From a candidate division FCPU426 bacterium (GTDB taxonomy: Bacteria > Oederibacteriota > Muellerivitia > Muellerivitales > Muellerivitaceae): DNA of 64,000 nucleotides. How positions within the stretch are numbered: the first letter of the stretch is position 1; every line of letters starts with the position of its first letter. A program made the translations under genes and the position numbers. The notes below the pieces were generated by a model that did no database searches, had not been told where the DNA came from, and saw only the letters and a program-made list of their open reading frames with translations. This document shows positions 40,753 to 50,174 of this stretch, one piece after another. Location: assembly GCA_963796105.1 (NCBI GenBank), contig CAWCKJ010000004.1, positions 1,120,001 to 1,184,000 on the forward strand, in the 5' to 3' direction.

Positions 40753-41133
40753 CTAACGGATGGTGGACGGGATGTCCTCGGCGAAAGCCGCTCGCAAATT
40801 GGCCTCGGTCCCGCCTGTCGGGAAACCGGCTTCAGACCATTCCTGGGTTCCGCCGGGATAATCCTCCGCTTTGAAACCCTGGCCTTTCAATACCATGGCC
40901 GCGTTATGGCTTGCCAGGGCGTTCTCCCGGTTGGCGCAATACATAATAAAGAACTTTTCCTTGCCGTATTTTTTCTCCACAGCCATCGCGAAACTCCGCA
41001 CGTTCTGCCCGAACTCGAAACTATCCGATCCCTTGATATGGAGCTTTTTGAAATCATCATCCGGGAAAATATCCAATACGACCGTATTGACGTCCTTCAT
41101 TTTTTCCTGGACCGCTTCCTTTGACATAGCCAT
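40753..41133 (-). CDS. Rhodanese-like domain protein
   Basis: VVLD...F.KLHIKGS, IMYCA, YPGGTQEW.EAGFP. Start re-assigned to ATG 41133. Confidence 0.85.
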   Translation of the reverse strand: MAMSKEAVQEKMKDVNTVVLDIFPDDDFKKLHIKGSDSFEFGQNVRSFAMAVEKKYGKEKFFIMYCANRENALASHNAAMVLKGQGFKAEDYPGGTQEWSEAGFPTGGTEANLRAAFAEDIPSTIR

Positions 41134-41396
41134 TGCTTTCCTCTTTCCCCGACTCTTCATCCATTCTAGGCCTTTGCGGGGGAATAAGGAGGGTATCTGG
41201 CGTGGATATCCATGACAGGCGGCCAATTCCGGATATTTCTTTAGGCTGAAACCGCTCCGCTGGTATCCACGTGAAAAATCCAGGCGTTGGGACGGGAATT
41301 GAAATTCCAAGTTATAATCACGGGTGATTGAAGGCTTGCCCATAAGGTCTTAAATTTCCATAAACTCTTTAGAGCAGGCGAGGAACGAAGGCAAAC

Positions 41397-42551
41397 ATGG
41401 CCGTTAAAAAAGATTATTACGATTTATTGGGCGTCCCCCGAACCGCTAGCGCGGATGAGATCAAGACTGCTTTCAGGACCCTCGCGAAAAAATACCATCC
41501 GGACGCCAATCCCAACAACAAGCAAGCCGAGGAAAAGTTCAAGGAAATCAACGAGGCTTATGAGACCTTGTCCGATTCCCAAAAGAAAACGGCTTACGAC
41601 CAGTTTGGGCACGCCGGGCCGGGAGGTTTTCCCGGCGGTTATGGCGGCGGTTACCGCCCGCAAGATCCTGGAAACGCAGCTGATGCCGAGGATGTTTTCG
41701 GGGATGTTTTCAGTAATTTCTTTGGCGGGGGCGGGGGAGTCGGCGCGGGCCAATCCCGGAGCCGGGCCCAAGAGGGGGAGGACCTCCGTCATGATATGGG
41801 ACTGACCTTTGAGGAAGCTGCTTTTGGAACCACCCGCGCCATCAAAATCCGCAGGCTGGCGGTCTGCGATGTTTGCCATGGTTCCGGTGCGACGTCCGGC
41901 TCAGGGCGCGTGGTTTGCCCGGTTTGTAAAGGGGCCGGCCAGATCCGCCAATCCCAGGGATTTTTTACCACCGCCAGGACTTGCGACCGCTGCGGAGGCC
42001 AAGGGGAAACGCCGGGAACGCCCTGCCCGAACTGTCGGGGACAAGGACGGCTGGAAAAAGACCGGGAGGTCTCGGTGAAAGTCCCAGATGGGGTGGCGGA
42101 TGGCGCCCGCCTCAGGCTTCGCGGCGAGGGGGAAGCTGGCTTGAACGGCGGTCCGGCCGGGGACCTTTACGTCTATCTTCATGTCCAGAAGCATGAATTT
42201 TTCACCAGGGATGGGAGCGACCTTCATTGCGAGATCCCCATTACCTTCATCCAGGCCGCGTTAGGGGCCGAGATAGAAGTCCCCACGCTGGAGGGGCCGG
42301 TCAAGATGAGGATCCCGGAGGGGACCCAATCCGGAAAAATCTTCCGCTTTAGGGACAAGGGCGTGAGGAATCCCCAAGACCCCGGCTTGGGGAATTTGTA
42401 CATGAAGGTCTTGGTGGAGGTGCCGACGAACTTGAATGCCGAGCAGAAGAAACAGCTTGAGGCGTTCGGGGCCCTGACCCACGAGAGCAACATGCCGCTT
42501 ATTTCCGGGTTCATCAATAAAATGAAGAGATTCTTTTACCGCAGTCATTAA
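41397..42551 (+). CDS. dnaJ: Molecular chaperone DnaJ
   Basis: J-domain with HPD, G/F region, four CxxCxGxG motifs, C-terminal domain. Confidence 0.96.
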   Translation: MAVKKDYYDLLGVPRTASADEIKTAFRTLAKKYHPDANPNNKQAEEKFKEINEAYETLSDSQKKTAYDQFGHAGPGGFPGGYGGGYRPQDPGNAADAEDVFGDVFSNFFGGGGGVGAGQSRSRAQEGEDLRHDMGLTFEEAAFGTTRAIKIRRLAVCDVCHGSGATSGSGRVVCPVCKGAGQIRQSQGFFTTARTCDRCGGQGETPGTPCPNCRGQGRLEKDREVSVKVPDGVADGARLRLRGEGEAGLNGGPAGDLYVYLHVQKHEFFTRDGSDLHCEIPITFIQAALGAEIEVPTLEGPVKMRIPEGTQSGKIFRFRDKGVRNPQDPGLGNLYMKVLVEVPTNLNAEQKKQLEAFGALTHESNMPLISGFINKMKRFFYRSH

Positions 42552-42723
42552 ACTTGACGGCCTGGGCTGGTTTGTCCTTTTCCTTTGGGTGATTAAGGTT
42601 CGTTGGCTGGTTACCGAAGTAAACCACTTTTTGTAAATCCTCCTTAATGTTATCCGCGGGCCTTGATTCCTTTTCCCGCACCTGTAACACTCTTACATTC
42701 TTCTGAAAATCATAAGACCTGGA

Positions 42724-44172
42724 ATGCGACGGTTCATGGGCCCCAAGAGTATATTTCTAATCCTTTTTTCGGGAATGTGGCTGGCCGCGGCACCCTGCTG
42801 GCCGGCAGCCTCAGTAACGTCCCGGGCGACTTTCTCCTCGGTCACCGGAAAAGTGACGGTTCAACGTCCCCATAGCAAAAGGAAGAGAACAGTCCACGAG
42901 GGTTCCACGGCGCGGGAAGGCGACCGGGTCGCGGTAGGGAAAAATTCCTCGGCCACCCTGGTGATGTTCGACGGCTCCCAATTGGAGATCGGCAGCGAAT
43001 CCTCGTTTATCCTTTCCAAAATCCAAAAACCCTCCCTGCTGGACAAGATTTTGAAATTCAAGCTGCTGGTGGGCAAGGTGCTGGCCAGGGTCAAAAAGCT
43101 GGGTACGTCCCATTCCGCGTTCGAGATTTCAGCGGGGGGCGTGGTTTGCGGCGTCCGGGGCACTGTTTACCAGATGATTTACGATACGGAAGCCAAAACG
43201 GTGGACCTGAGCGTTTCCGAGGGGACGGTTTTTGCGCAGGTGAATGGGGGTCCCGTCACCGACTACAACGCGGGAAAGAATGTTAAATTGCAAAATGTTT
43301 TGGGATCAAATACCGGCAATGGCGCCGGCTGGGGCACTGGCAGTGCCGCCACCAGTGTCGCTAGTGTCGGAGCCAGCAACGTCGGCACTATCTTAGCCGG
43401 CGTCGCAATGAGCAATGCTGGCAACGCCAACGGCGCCGCCAATAACGCCACCACCGCCGTTGCCGCCCCTAATTCCAGTCCTAAACCAAAGATTGCCACT
43501 AACGGCCAGGCGCCTAATGGGCCCACCGCTAGTTCTGGGAACAACGGCGCACTCACCCTTACCGTGGCTGGCGGCAACCCCGGCAACCCCGCAGTGGTGT
43601 TCAGCGCTTCCAGCCCCGCAACCCTTAACGGCGTCATTCCCAGCGGCAGCCCCGGCAACCCCGCCGTCGTGTTCAGCGCGTCCAATCCCGCCACCCTTAC
43701 CGGCGTCATTCCCAGCGGCAGCCCCGGCAACCCCGCCGTCGTGTTCAGCGCGTCCAATCCCGCCACCCTTACCGGCGTTATTCCCGGCGGCAATCCCGGC
43801 AACCCTGCGGTGGTGTTCAGCGCTTCCAGCCCCGCCACCCTTACCGGCGTTATTCCCGGCGGCAACCCCGGCAATAACCCTCTCACCTTGAGCTTGACCA
43901 GCCCCGCCACCCTCACCTTGGTTGTCCCCGGAAATAACCCCGGCAGCAACACCTTCTCCCTTGATCTAACCAACTCCCCCGTTGTCATCAGCGGGGCGGG
44001 CGATAACACTCTTACGGTGTCCCCATTCAGTACCCTCGCGAATCCCGCGTTGGTTAGTTTGGACAACGCCTTCATGCAGGCGATCCTGGTGAACGGCCAA
44101 AATACCCTGAACATGGCAAACCAATACCAGGTCATCATCCTCCGGGTCGGCCCAGGCGAGGCGGTCCCATGA
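42724..44172 (+). CDS. Secreted FecR-domain protein with 24-aa tandem repeats
   Basis: EGDRV.VG..S.ATL...DGS.L.IG..S and FEI.AGGVVCGVRGT..V.EG.V FecR pattern. Confidence 0.8.
   Translation: MRRFMGPKSIFLILFSGMWLAAAPCWPAASVTSRATFSSVTGKVTVQRPHSKRKRTVHEGSTAREGDRVAVGKNSSATLVMFDGSQLEIGSESSFILSKIQKPSLLDKILKFKLLVGKVLARVKKLGTSHSAFEISAGGVVCGVRGTVYQMIYDTEAKTVDLSVSEGTVFAQVNGGPVTDYNAGKNVKLQNVLGSNTGNGAGWGTGSAATSVASVGASNVGTILAGVAMSNAGNANGAANNATTAVAAPNSSPKPKIATNGQAPNGPTASSGNNGALTLTVAGGNPGNPAVVFSASSPATLNGVIPSGSPGNPAVVFSASNPATLTGVIPSGSPGNPAVVFSASNPATLTGVIPGGNPGNPAVVFSASSPATLTGVIPGGNPGNNPLTLSLTSPATLTLVVPGNNPGSNTFSLDLTNSPVVISGAGDNTLTVSPFSTLANPALVSLDNAFMQAILVNGQNTLNMANQYQVIILRVGPGEAVP
43573..43860 (+). repeat. 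Four 72-bp coding tandem repeats, followed by about two degenerate copies
   Basis: G(S/N)PGNPAVVFSAS(S/N)PATL(T/N)GVIP(S/G) units start at 43573, 43645, 43717 and 43789. Confidence 0.95.
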
Positions 44173-45293
44173 GGAACCGTACCCTTCCGACTCTCGGCCT
44201 TCTGGTATTTTTTATTTCGAACGGGGCCTTCGCGGGGCAGCTGGACTTGGGCGCCCAATATCAAACCTGGACCTCGAATTACGCTTCTCCCCTGGAGGGC
44301 CATGAAATCCTCACGCCTGTATTCCTTTCGCTGGATCCCTGGAGGGACGTCAATTTTTACGCCCAGGGCGAATACGCCGGCGGCCAATATACGGACCCTC
44401 TCGACGGCACCCAAAACCTCAGCGATATTTCCGATACGGTGGCCGGCGTGAAGGCCGGCTTCAAGAGTTTTTCCTGCCCCTCATTCGTGAACATCGGGGT
44501 CAACCTGCCAACGGGGAACCAGGTCTGGGAAAGCGAGACAAGGCTGGCCAATATCCCCGCCGATTTCGTGGACGACCGCTACCAGGGACGGGGGTTCGGC
44601 CTCAGCGGGATTTACGGTATCGCCCTGCCGGCCGGAGCGACCCAATACGGGCTGGGGGTGGGATACCTTTACACCGGGGCCTTCAACCCCAATTACGGGA
44701 CAGGCGCTCCCGCGGAGAATTTAAAGCTGGGCGACGCGATTTTCCTTTCCCTGAACCGGGTGACCACTTTCGCTTCCAATCAGGTACAGGCTATCACCGC
44801 CTCCGCCTACTTCAACCTGCCCACCCTTGAGCAAAACCAAAACTTCATCTGGATGGGGCCCAACTTGAACCTTTCCTACAGTTGGACCGATCCCAGGGCC
44901 TTTTCCCTCGGGGCCGGGGTGCAGTACTTCTTCCCGGGCCAAACATCCGTCAGCGGGCAGTGGGTGGCCGAGCCCCACGATTCCCTGGGGGCTCGGTTTT
45001 TCCTCGACCCCTCCTGGGCGATCGGTGATTTTCTTTTGGCGTGCCGCGTGAAATACGTCTTGGCCAACGGCTACGATCCAAGCCCCGAGGATCTCCTTTA
45101 CGACGGGGGAGGCATCCTTTTGGGGATCGCGCCTTCCTATAAGATCGCCTTGGACAGCCAATCGGCTTTCCTGCTTTCCGCCTCCTACGACTACATCACG
45201 GCCGACGGGGCCGCGGCAGATGCCCAGGGCAACCGAGTGAACGTCACCTACAACCGCTTGACGATGGGGGCCGATTATGAAATCAAACTATAA
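44169..45293 (+). CDS. Outer-membrane beta-barrel protein of unknown family
   Basis: Signal peptide, alternating strands, GVNLPTG motif, C-terminal [13 protein letters not shown]-coupled to the FecR gene. Confidence 0.7.
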   Translation: MRNRTLPTLGLLVFFISNGAFAGQLDLGAQYQTWTSNYASPLEGHEILTPVFLSLDPWRDVNFYAQGEYAGGQYTDPLDGTQNLSDISDTVAGVKAGFKSFSCPSFVNIGVNLPTGNQVWESETRLANIPADFVDDRYQGRGFGLSGIYGIALPAGATQYGLGVGYLYTGAFNPNYGTGAPAENLKLGDAIFLSLNRVTTFASNQVQAITASAYFNLPTLEQNQNFIWMGPNLNLSYSWTDPRAFSLGAGVQYFFPGQTSVSGQWVAEPHDSLGARFFLDPSWAIGDFLLACRVKYVLANGYDPSPEDLLYDGGGILLGIAPSYKIALDSQSAFLLSASYDYITADGAAADAQGNRVNVTYNRLTMGADYEIKL

Positions 45294-48200
45294 CAGCCCC
45301 AAGCTTTGGGCCTCCCTCCTGGGATTTTTCGCCCTCGCCGGCTGTCACAATTCCGTGAATGCCCCTGTCGCACCCCTGAAGGGAACGAGCCTGTCCATCA
45401 GCCTGCCTGCCGCGTCCCTCGGCGGCTCGCTTTTGGGGACGGCGAGCAACGAGGTCTTTTGGAGAATCACCGGCCCGGCGATGCAGCCTCTCGCGGGAGT
45501 GGCCGGGCCTTTCACCACTCCGGGCAATTCGGGTTCGGTGAATTTCGCCCTTCCCGTGCCCTTGGGGCTTGACCGCCTGATTGCCCTCCAATTAAACGAC
45601 GCCGCCACCCACCAGCCCCTGGCCCTGGGCGCGGTCCTGGTGAATTACACCGCGCAGCCCTCGGGCCCGATCGTCGTGGACATGGGGTCGGTGGTCCGGA
45701 ATTGCTACGACATCAATACGGCCCTGTACGGCGACGGGTCCTACTTCGCCTTCCAGAGCGACGCCCTGGCGGACGCGGCCACCGTGGTTTCTTCCACGGG
45801 ATACGATGTGGATTTCTTTCCGGTTACAAACGGATCGCTGGTAGGCTTCCAAATGAACGCCTTGAATTCGGACACCGTGGCTTACATGGGCAACGGCGAC
45901 CTGGCGTATTTCGCGGAAGCGCCTTCCGCTGGCTATGGGGCTTCTTCCTCCACGGTCAAACAAGCGGCGGGGGCTCCCATGACGCTTCTTCAAGCGGGGG
46001 ACGTTTATTGCGTGAAGCTGGCCGGGGGCGGGCATTCCTGGCTTCAGATCATTAACCCGGGTTCGGCCGCGGTGGGCCCCTCCTTCCGGTTCAGGGTGAA
46101 CACCACGGTGCCTTATTACGCCTATGAGCAGACGACGGCGGACAAATCGGGTAATTGTCTCGCGCCCCTTCCCACCGCGACCTTCACCTTCACTTTGACA
46201 CCGACCTCGACCCCAACACCGACTTCCACCAACACCCCGACGATATCACCGACCCCGACCGTGACAAACTCGCCGACCGATACCGCCACACAGACACCTA
46301 CCCGGACCCAGACGAACACGCCGACAATTACTCCCACCCCGACGGTTACCCCAACACCGACGGTCACGGACACATTTACGCAAACTTCATCACCGACCGC
46401 CACCGGCACGGCAACTCCCACCCCGTCCCAGACCAACACTACTACCCTTACGTCCACCCCCAACAACACCTTGACGGCAACGTTCACGCCTATCCTTACC
46501 GTAACGAGCACGCCTACTATCTCACCGACAGTCACCCCGTCTCCGACTGTGACAGCTTCACCGACCATTACCACCGTCTCCGGCGGGGGAATCACCGTTT
46601 CCGGTTCGGTAACTTACACGGGTGGCGGCGTTAATTCCATCCAAGGTCTTTGGATCATCTTATTGGCCGCGGGGGGAGGCGCCTCGCAGGTGGATACGGC
46701 GGTTTTTGTCAACAATGGACCATACACCCTGGTCTCGACGGCCGGGTCCTACAACCTCATGGCCTTTTACGATGAAATAAGCGGATATAAAGGCGGACCC
46801 TTGCCGAACGAACCCTATGGCGGTTATTACCAAGGGGGAGGCAACGGACTATTGGCTTGCCCCCTGCCGTCAAGTCCCGCAATCACAGGTTCGGTGAGCA
46901 ACCTGGCGCTTACCATGACGGGTGCTTGCGGTGGCCTGAGCCCCACGCCCATCATCACTCCCATTCCAATCTTCACGCCCACCAGTACTCCCGGCGGGGC
47001 CGTCACCGTCTCCGGTACGGTCTTTACTTCGGGCGATACGGGGGGCAGCCTTTGGGTGTTTATGGTACCCGTCAGCGGCGGGGCCACGCAGGTGTATGAA
47101 ACGGTCCCGGTGGACGGGGCGCCTTTTACCCTCGTCTCGACGGCCGGCTCCTACAACTTGCTGGCTTTTTACGATTATTTGAACCAGTATGACAACGGAG
47201 GCAACATTCCCACGGGATTACCGTACGATTATTATCAGGGAACCCTCCCTTCAAACCTTACCCCGGTTTGTACCCCGCCCGCCAGCCCCCTCATCACGGG
47301 TTCGGTGAGCGGCTTGGCCCTTACCATCGTGCAAGGGGTTTGCTACGCCAATACCCAAACTCCCCTCATTACTCCCCTCCCCACGGGAACACCGTCTTTC
47401 ACCCTGACGCCCACGCCCACCTTCTCTGTCACACCCACGGTGACCGCCACTAACACCCTAGGCCCCGGGGACATCATCACAGTGGCGGGCAATGGGACGA
47501 ATGGTTCCGTGGGAGACGGCGGGAAAGCGGTTACTGCCGAGCTGAGTAACCCAGTAGGGATCGCGGTGGATTCCTCGGGTAACCTCTATATCGCGGACAC
47601 TTTAAACAACCGGATCCGGAAGGTGGACACGAGCGGAAACATCTCGACGGTGGCGGGCAACGGAACGGCGGGATATACGGGCGACGGAGGTTCGGCCACC
47701 TCGGCGGAGATTTTCCAACCCTGGGGAGTCGCAGTGGATTCTTTGGGAAACCTTTATATTTCCGACTGGCAAGACAATGTCGTAAGGGAGGTCTCGGGAG
47801 GGACCATCAACACCGTCGCGGGCTACTACACTACCCCGGCCTGCGCTTCCAATTGGACGGGTTTCCAGGGTGACGGCGGGCCGGCCACATGCGCCGAGCT
47901 TCAATACTCCACCGGGATCGCCGTTGACTCCTTGGCCAACCTCTATATCGGGGACACCAATGACCGCCGGATCCGCGAGGTCTCAAGTGGGATCATCAAC
48001 ACCATTGCCGGCGGAGGCTATGGTTCCGGATTCACCGACGGCGAAGCGGCCACCCTCGCGGGCATGTCGGGCCCCTATGGGGTGGCGGTGGACTCCTCTT
48101 CCAACATCTACATTTCCGACTTATCCTCCTACCAAATCTATGAAGTTTCTGGCGGGAATATATCGCTTTTGGCGGGCACCGGGTTACAGGGTTACTCGGG

Positions 48201-48513
48201 CGACGGGGGGCCAGGCACCTCGGCGGAGCTGGACAGCCCCAGGGGAATCGCGGTGGATTCCTCCGGCAACGTCTATTTCGCGGATGATTACAACCACGTG
48301 ATCCGGAGGATCAGCGGCGGCAACATCTCGACTTTTGCGGGTTCGTCCACCATCGTGGGAAGCACCACCTACGGCGTGGCAGGCTATACGGGCGACGGCG
48401 GGCCGGCCACCTCCGCCACGCTGAATTATCCCTCGGGTGTCGCCGTGGATTCCTCCGGAAACCTCTATATCGCGGATACCAGCAACAACGTGATCCGCAA
48501 GGTGCTCCATTGA
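45277..48513 (+). CDS. Lipoprotein with T/P linkers, a duplicated beta domain and a six-blade NHL propeller
   Basis: Lipobox LAGC; six P.G.AVDS.GN.Y..D..N...R.V blades with GDGG.A..A linkers. Confidence 0.88.
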   Translation: MKSNYNSPKLWASLLGFFALAGCHNSVNAPVAPLKGTSLSISLPAASLGGSLLGTASNEVFWRITGPAMQPLAGVAGPFTTPGNSGSVNFALPVPLGLDRLIALQLNDAATHQPLALGAVLVNYTAQPSGPIVVDMGSVVRNCYDINTALYGDGSYFAFQSDALADAATVVSSTGYDVDFFPVTNGSLVGFQMNALNSDTVAYMGNGDLAYFAEAPSAGYGASSSTVKQAAGAPMTLLQAGDVYCVKLAGGGHSWLQIINPGSAAVGPSFRFRVNTTVPYYAYEQTTADKSGNCLAPLPTATFTFTLTPTSTPTPTSTNTPTISPTPTVTNSPTDTATQTPTRTQTNTPTITPTPTVTPTPTVTDTFTQTSSPTATGTATPTPSQTNTTTLTSTPNNTLTATFTPILTVTSTPTISPTVTPSPTVTASPTITTVSGGGITVSGSVTYTGGGVNSIQGLWIILLAAGGGASQVDTAVFVNNGPYTLVSTAGSYNLMAFYDEISGYKGGPLPNEPYGGYYQGGGNGLLACPLPSSPAITGSVSNLALTMTGACGGLSPTPIITPIPIFTPTSTPGGAVTVSGTVFTSGDTGGSLWVFMVPVSGGATQVYETVPVDGAPFTLVSTAGSYNLLAFYDYLNQYDNGGNIPTGLPYDYYQGTLPSNLTPVCTPPASPLITGSVSGLALTIVQGVCYANTQTPLITPLPTGTPSFTLTPTPTFSVTPTVTATNTLGPGDIITVAGNGTNGSVGDGGKAVTAELSNPVGIAVDSSGNLYIADTLNNRIRKVDTSGNISTVAGNGTAGYTGDGGSATSAEIFQPWGVAVDSLGNLYISDWQDNVVREVSGGTINTVAGYYTTPACASNWTGFQGDGGPATCAELQYSTGIAVDSLANLYIGDTNDRRIREVSSGIINTIAGGGYGSGFTDGEAATLAGMSGPYGVAVDSSSNIYISDLSSYQIYEVSGGNISLLAGTGLQGYSGDGGPGTSAELDSPRGIAVDSSGNVYFADDYNHVIRRISGGNISTFAGSSTIVGSTTYGVAGYTGDGGPATSATLNYPSGVAVDSSGNLYIADTSNNVIRKVLH

Positions 48514-48654
48514 GGCCCGGCCAGGCCCGTTTTGAGTCCGTTGTTATCTAAGATACCTAAGGGCATCGCGGTAGATGGACTGGGATATATTTACGTGGCC
48601 AACATTATGGCCAGCCCAAGCTCGGGAAACGTGAAGAAGTTCAACCCGCGATAA
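48514..48654 (+). pseudogene. Orphan NHL-repeat fragment, in frame after the stop of 45277-48513
   Basis: Translates as ...IPKGIAVDGLGYIYVANIMASPSSGNVKKFNPR*. Confidence 0.55.
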
Positions 48655-48777
48655 TCCTCATGCTGGAATCATGGTTTTTCTCAGGACAGAGACTTTCTTT
48701 GTCGGCCTTCTTATGCTCTTGAATTTCCCCTTCGGCTATAAAATCGCTCGCGCCGGCACCGGAACCGATCAATCCTC

Positions 48778-48824
48778 TTGATATTCATGGATATATCCAC
48801 TATTGATATATCCATGAATATCAA
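48778..48824. promoter_or_regulatory. MarR operator / promoter: perfect 20-bp inverted repeat
   Basis: TTGATATTCATGGATATATC-N7-GATATATCCATGAATATCAA. Confidence 0.8.
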
Positions 48825-49305
48825 TTTTCTTCCGACCCACCCCGATCTTCTCCTTCTGGAGGATTTCGCCCGTTTCCGGCGGGCCCTGAACCTCCATTTC
48901 TCCAACGCCCTCAGGCCCCTGGGCTTGGGGGTCAAGCAGGCCTCCCTTTTGCGTTTTCTCGCCAAGAGGGGCAAGGCCTCGCTGGCCGAGCTTTCCCGCG
49001 ACACCTTGACCGATCCCGCGGCCATGACCCGTTTAGTGAACGTCCTGCTGGAGGGGGGGCTCGTGAGCCAGAAGGCGCATCCCACGGACAAGAGGCGCTG
49101 GGTGCTGGCCCTGACGCCCCGGGGAGAAAAGCTGACCCAGCGGGTCGAGGGGGTTTACCTGCGGCTTTCCGAAGGCTCCCTGAAGGTCCTTTCCACAGCG
49201 GAAAAAACCAGGTTTTCGAACATCCTGAAAAAACTTTTCCAGCATCTTTCGAGGGAAAAAATCACGGCCTTGCCGTCGAATGAACCATCCGGGAGGAAAG
49301 AATGA
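48814..49305 (+). CDS. MarR family regulator
   Basis: LRPLGL...Q..LL..L, MTRLVN.L...GLV, HPTDKR...L.LT.RG. Start is uncertain (48778/48787/48814). Confidence 0.92.
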   Translation: MNINFLPTHPDLLLLEDFARFRRALNLHFSNALRPLGLGVKQASLLRFLAKRGKASLAELSRDTLTDPAAMTRLVNVLLEGGLVSQKAHPTDKRRWVLALTPRGEKLTQRVEGVYLRLSEGSLKVLSTAEKTRFSNILKKLFQHLSREKITALPSNEPSGRKE

Positions 49306-50174
49306 CTTACCCTACAGCTAAAATGCAGGAAGGGAATACCGAGGCCCTTCACTTAACCGTCCAAAAACGCTGGTGGCGGTCGAAGCTGTCGAAAAACACG
49401 GGTTTGGCTTTTTTGGCGGCGGTGTTGGCCTGTTTGGTGGTTTGGTTTTACGCCTTCCGGCCTTATGTCTCCACCGATGACGCCAGGGTGGCCGAGGACC
49501 TCGTGCGCATCGCCCCCGACGGGGTGGGGGGGACCCTCTTGAAGATCAACGCGGCCGAGGGGGACCGTGTCTCCAAAGGCCAGGTTTTGGCCGAACTGGA
49601 CCACAGCGTTTACCAGTTCCAACTCATGAAGGCCCAGGCGCGCGCGACCCTGGCAAAAACCGATTCCGCCCGCGCCGACCGGCTTTACCAGCAGGGCGCC
49701 CTGGCGGCCCGGGAGGAGCAATCCGCCCAAACCAACTCCCAGGCGGCGCAAGCCGACCTGCAGCTGGCCCAGAACGCCTTGGACCATACCTACCTGAAAA
49801 GCCCCGTGGACGGCGTCGTGGTTGAAAAGATAGGCGTCGAGGGGAACCTGATGGAATCGGGCCAGGTCGCCCTGGTGGTGGCGGACGTGGACCACGCCTG
49901 GGTTTCGGCCAACATCCAGGAAACCAACGTGGGCGAGGTTAAGGTTGGCCAGCCGGTCAAGATCCACGTGGACGAGGGTGAGGACTTGACGGGCAAGGTC
50001 CTGGAAGTGACGGTTGCCACCGCCTCCCAGTTCGCCCTGCTCCCGGCCGAGAACGCCTCAGGTAATTACATCAAGCTGGTCCAACGCATCCCCATCAAGG
50101 TGGCCCTGGACCCCCATCCGGGCCGCGTCCTGAAGGCGGGGCAATCGGTTGAAATAAAAATCAAGGTCAACTGA
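49302..50174 (+). CDS. emrA: HlyD/EmrA family membrane-fusion protein
   Basis: VSTDDARV, KSPVDG, WVSANIQET, FALLPAENASGNYIKLVQRIPIK. Confidence 0.9.
   Translation: MTYPTAKMQEGNTEALHLTVQKRWWRSKLSKNTGLAFLAAVLACLVVWFYAFRPYVSTDDARVAEDLVRIAPDGVGGTLLKINAAEGDRVSKGQVLAELDHSVYQFQLMKAQARATLAKTDSARADRLYQQGALAAREEQSAQTNSQAAQADLQLAQNALDHTYLKSPVDGVVVEKIGVEGNLMESGQVALVVADVDHAWVSANIQETNVGEVKVGQPVKIHVDEGEDLTGKVLEVTVATASQFALLPAENASGNYIKLVQRIPIKVALDPHPGRVLKAGQSVEIKIKVN

Noticed and set aside
43263..44414. 383-aa minus-strand ORF with repeats
   Set aside because: Antisense shadow of the 72-bp repeats in the FecR gene.
48511..48560. Selenocysteine recoding of the TGA
   Set aside because: No convincing SECIS hairpin, and the position is not a Cys-equivalent redox site.
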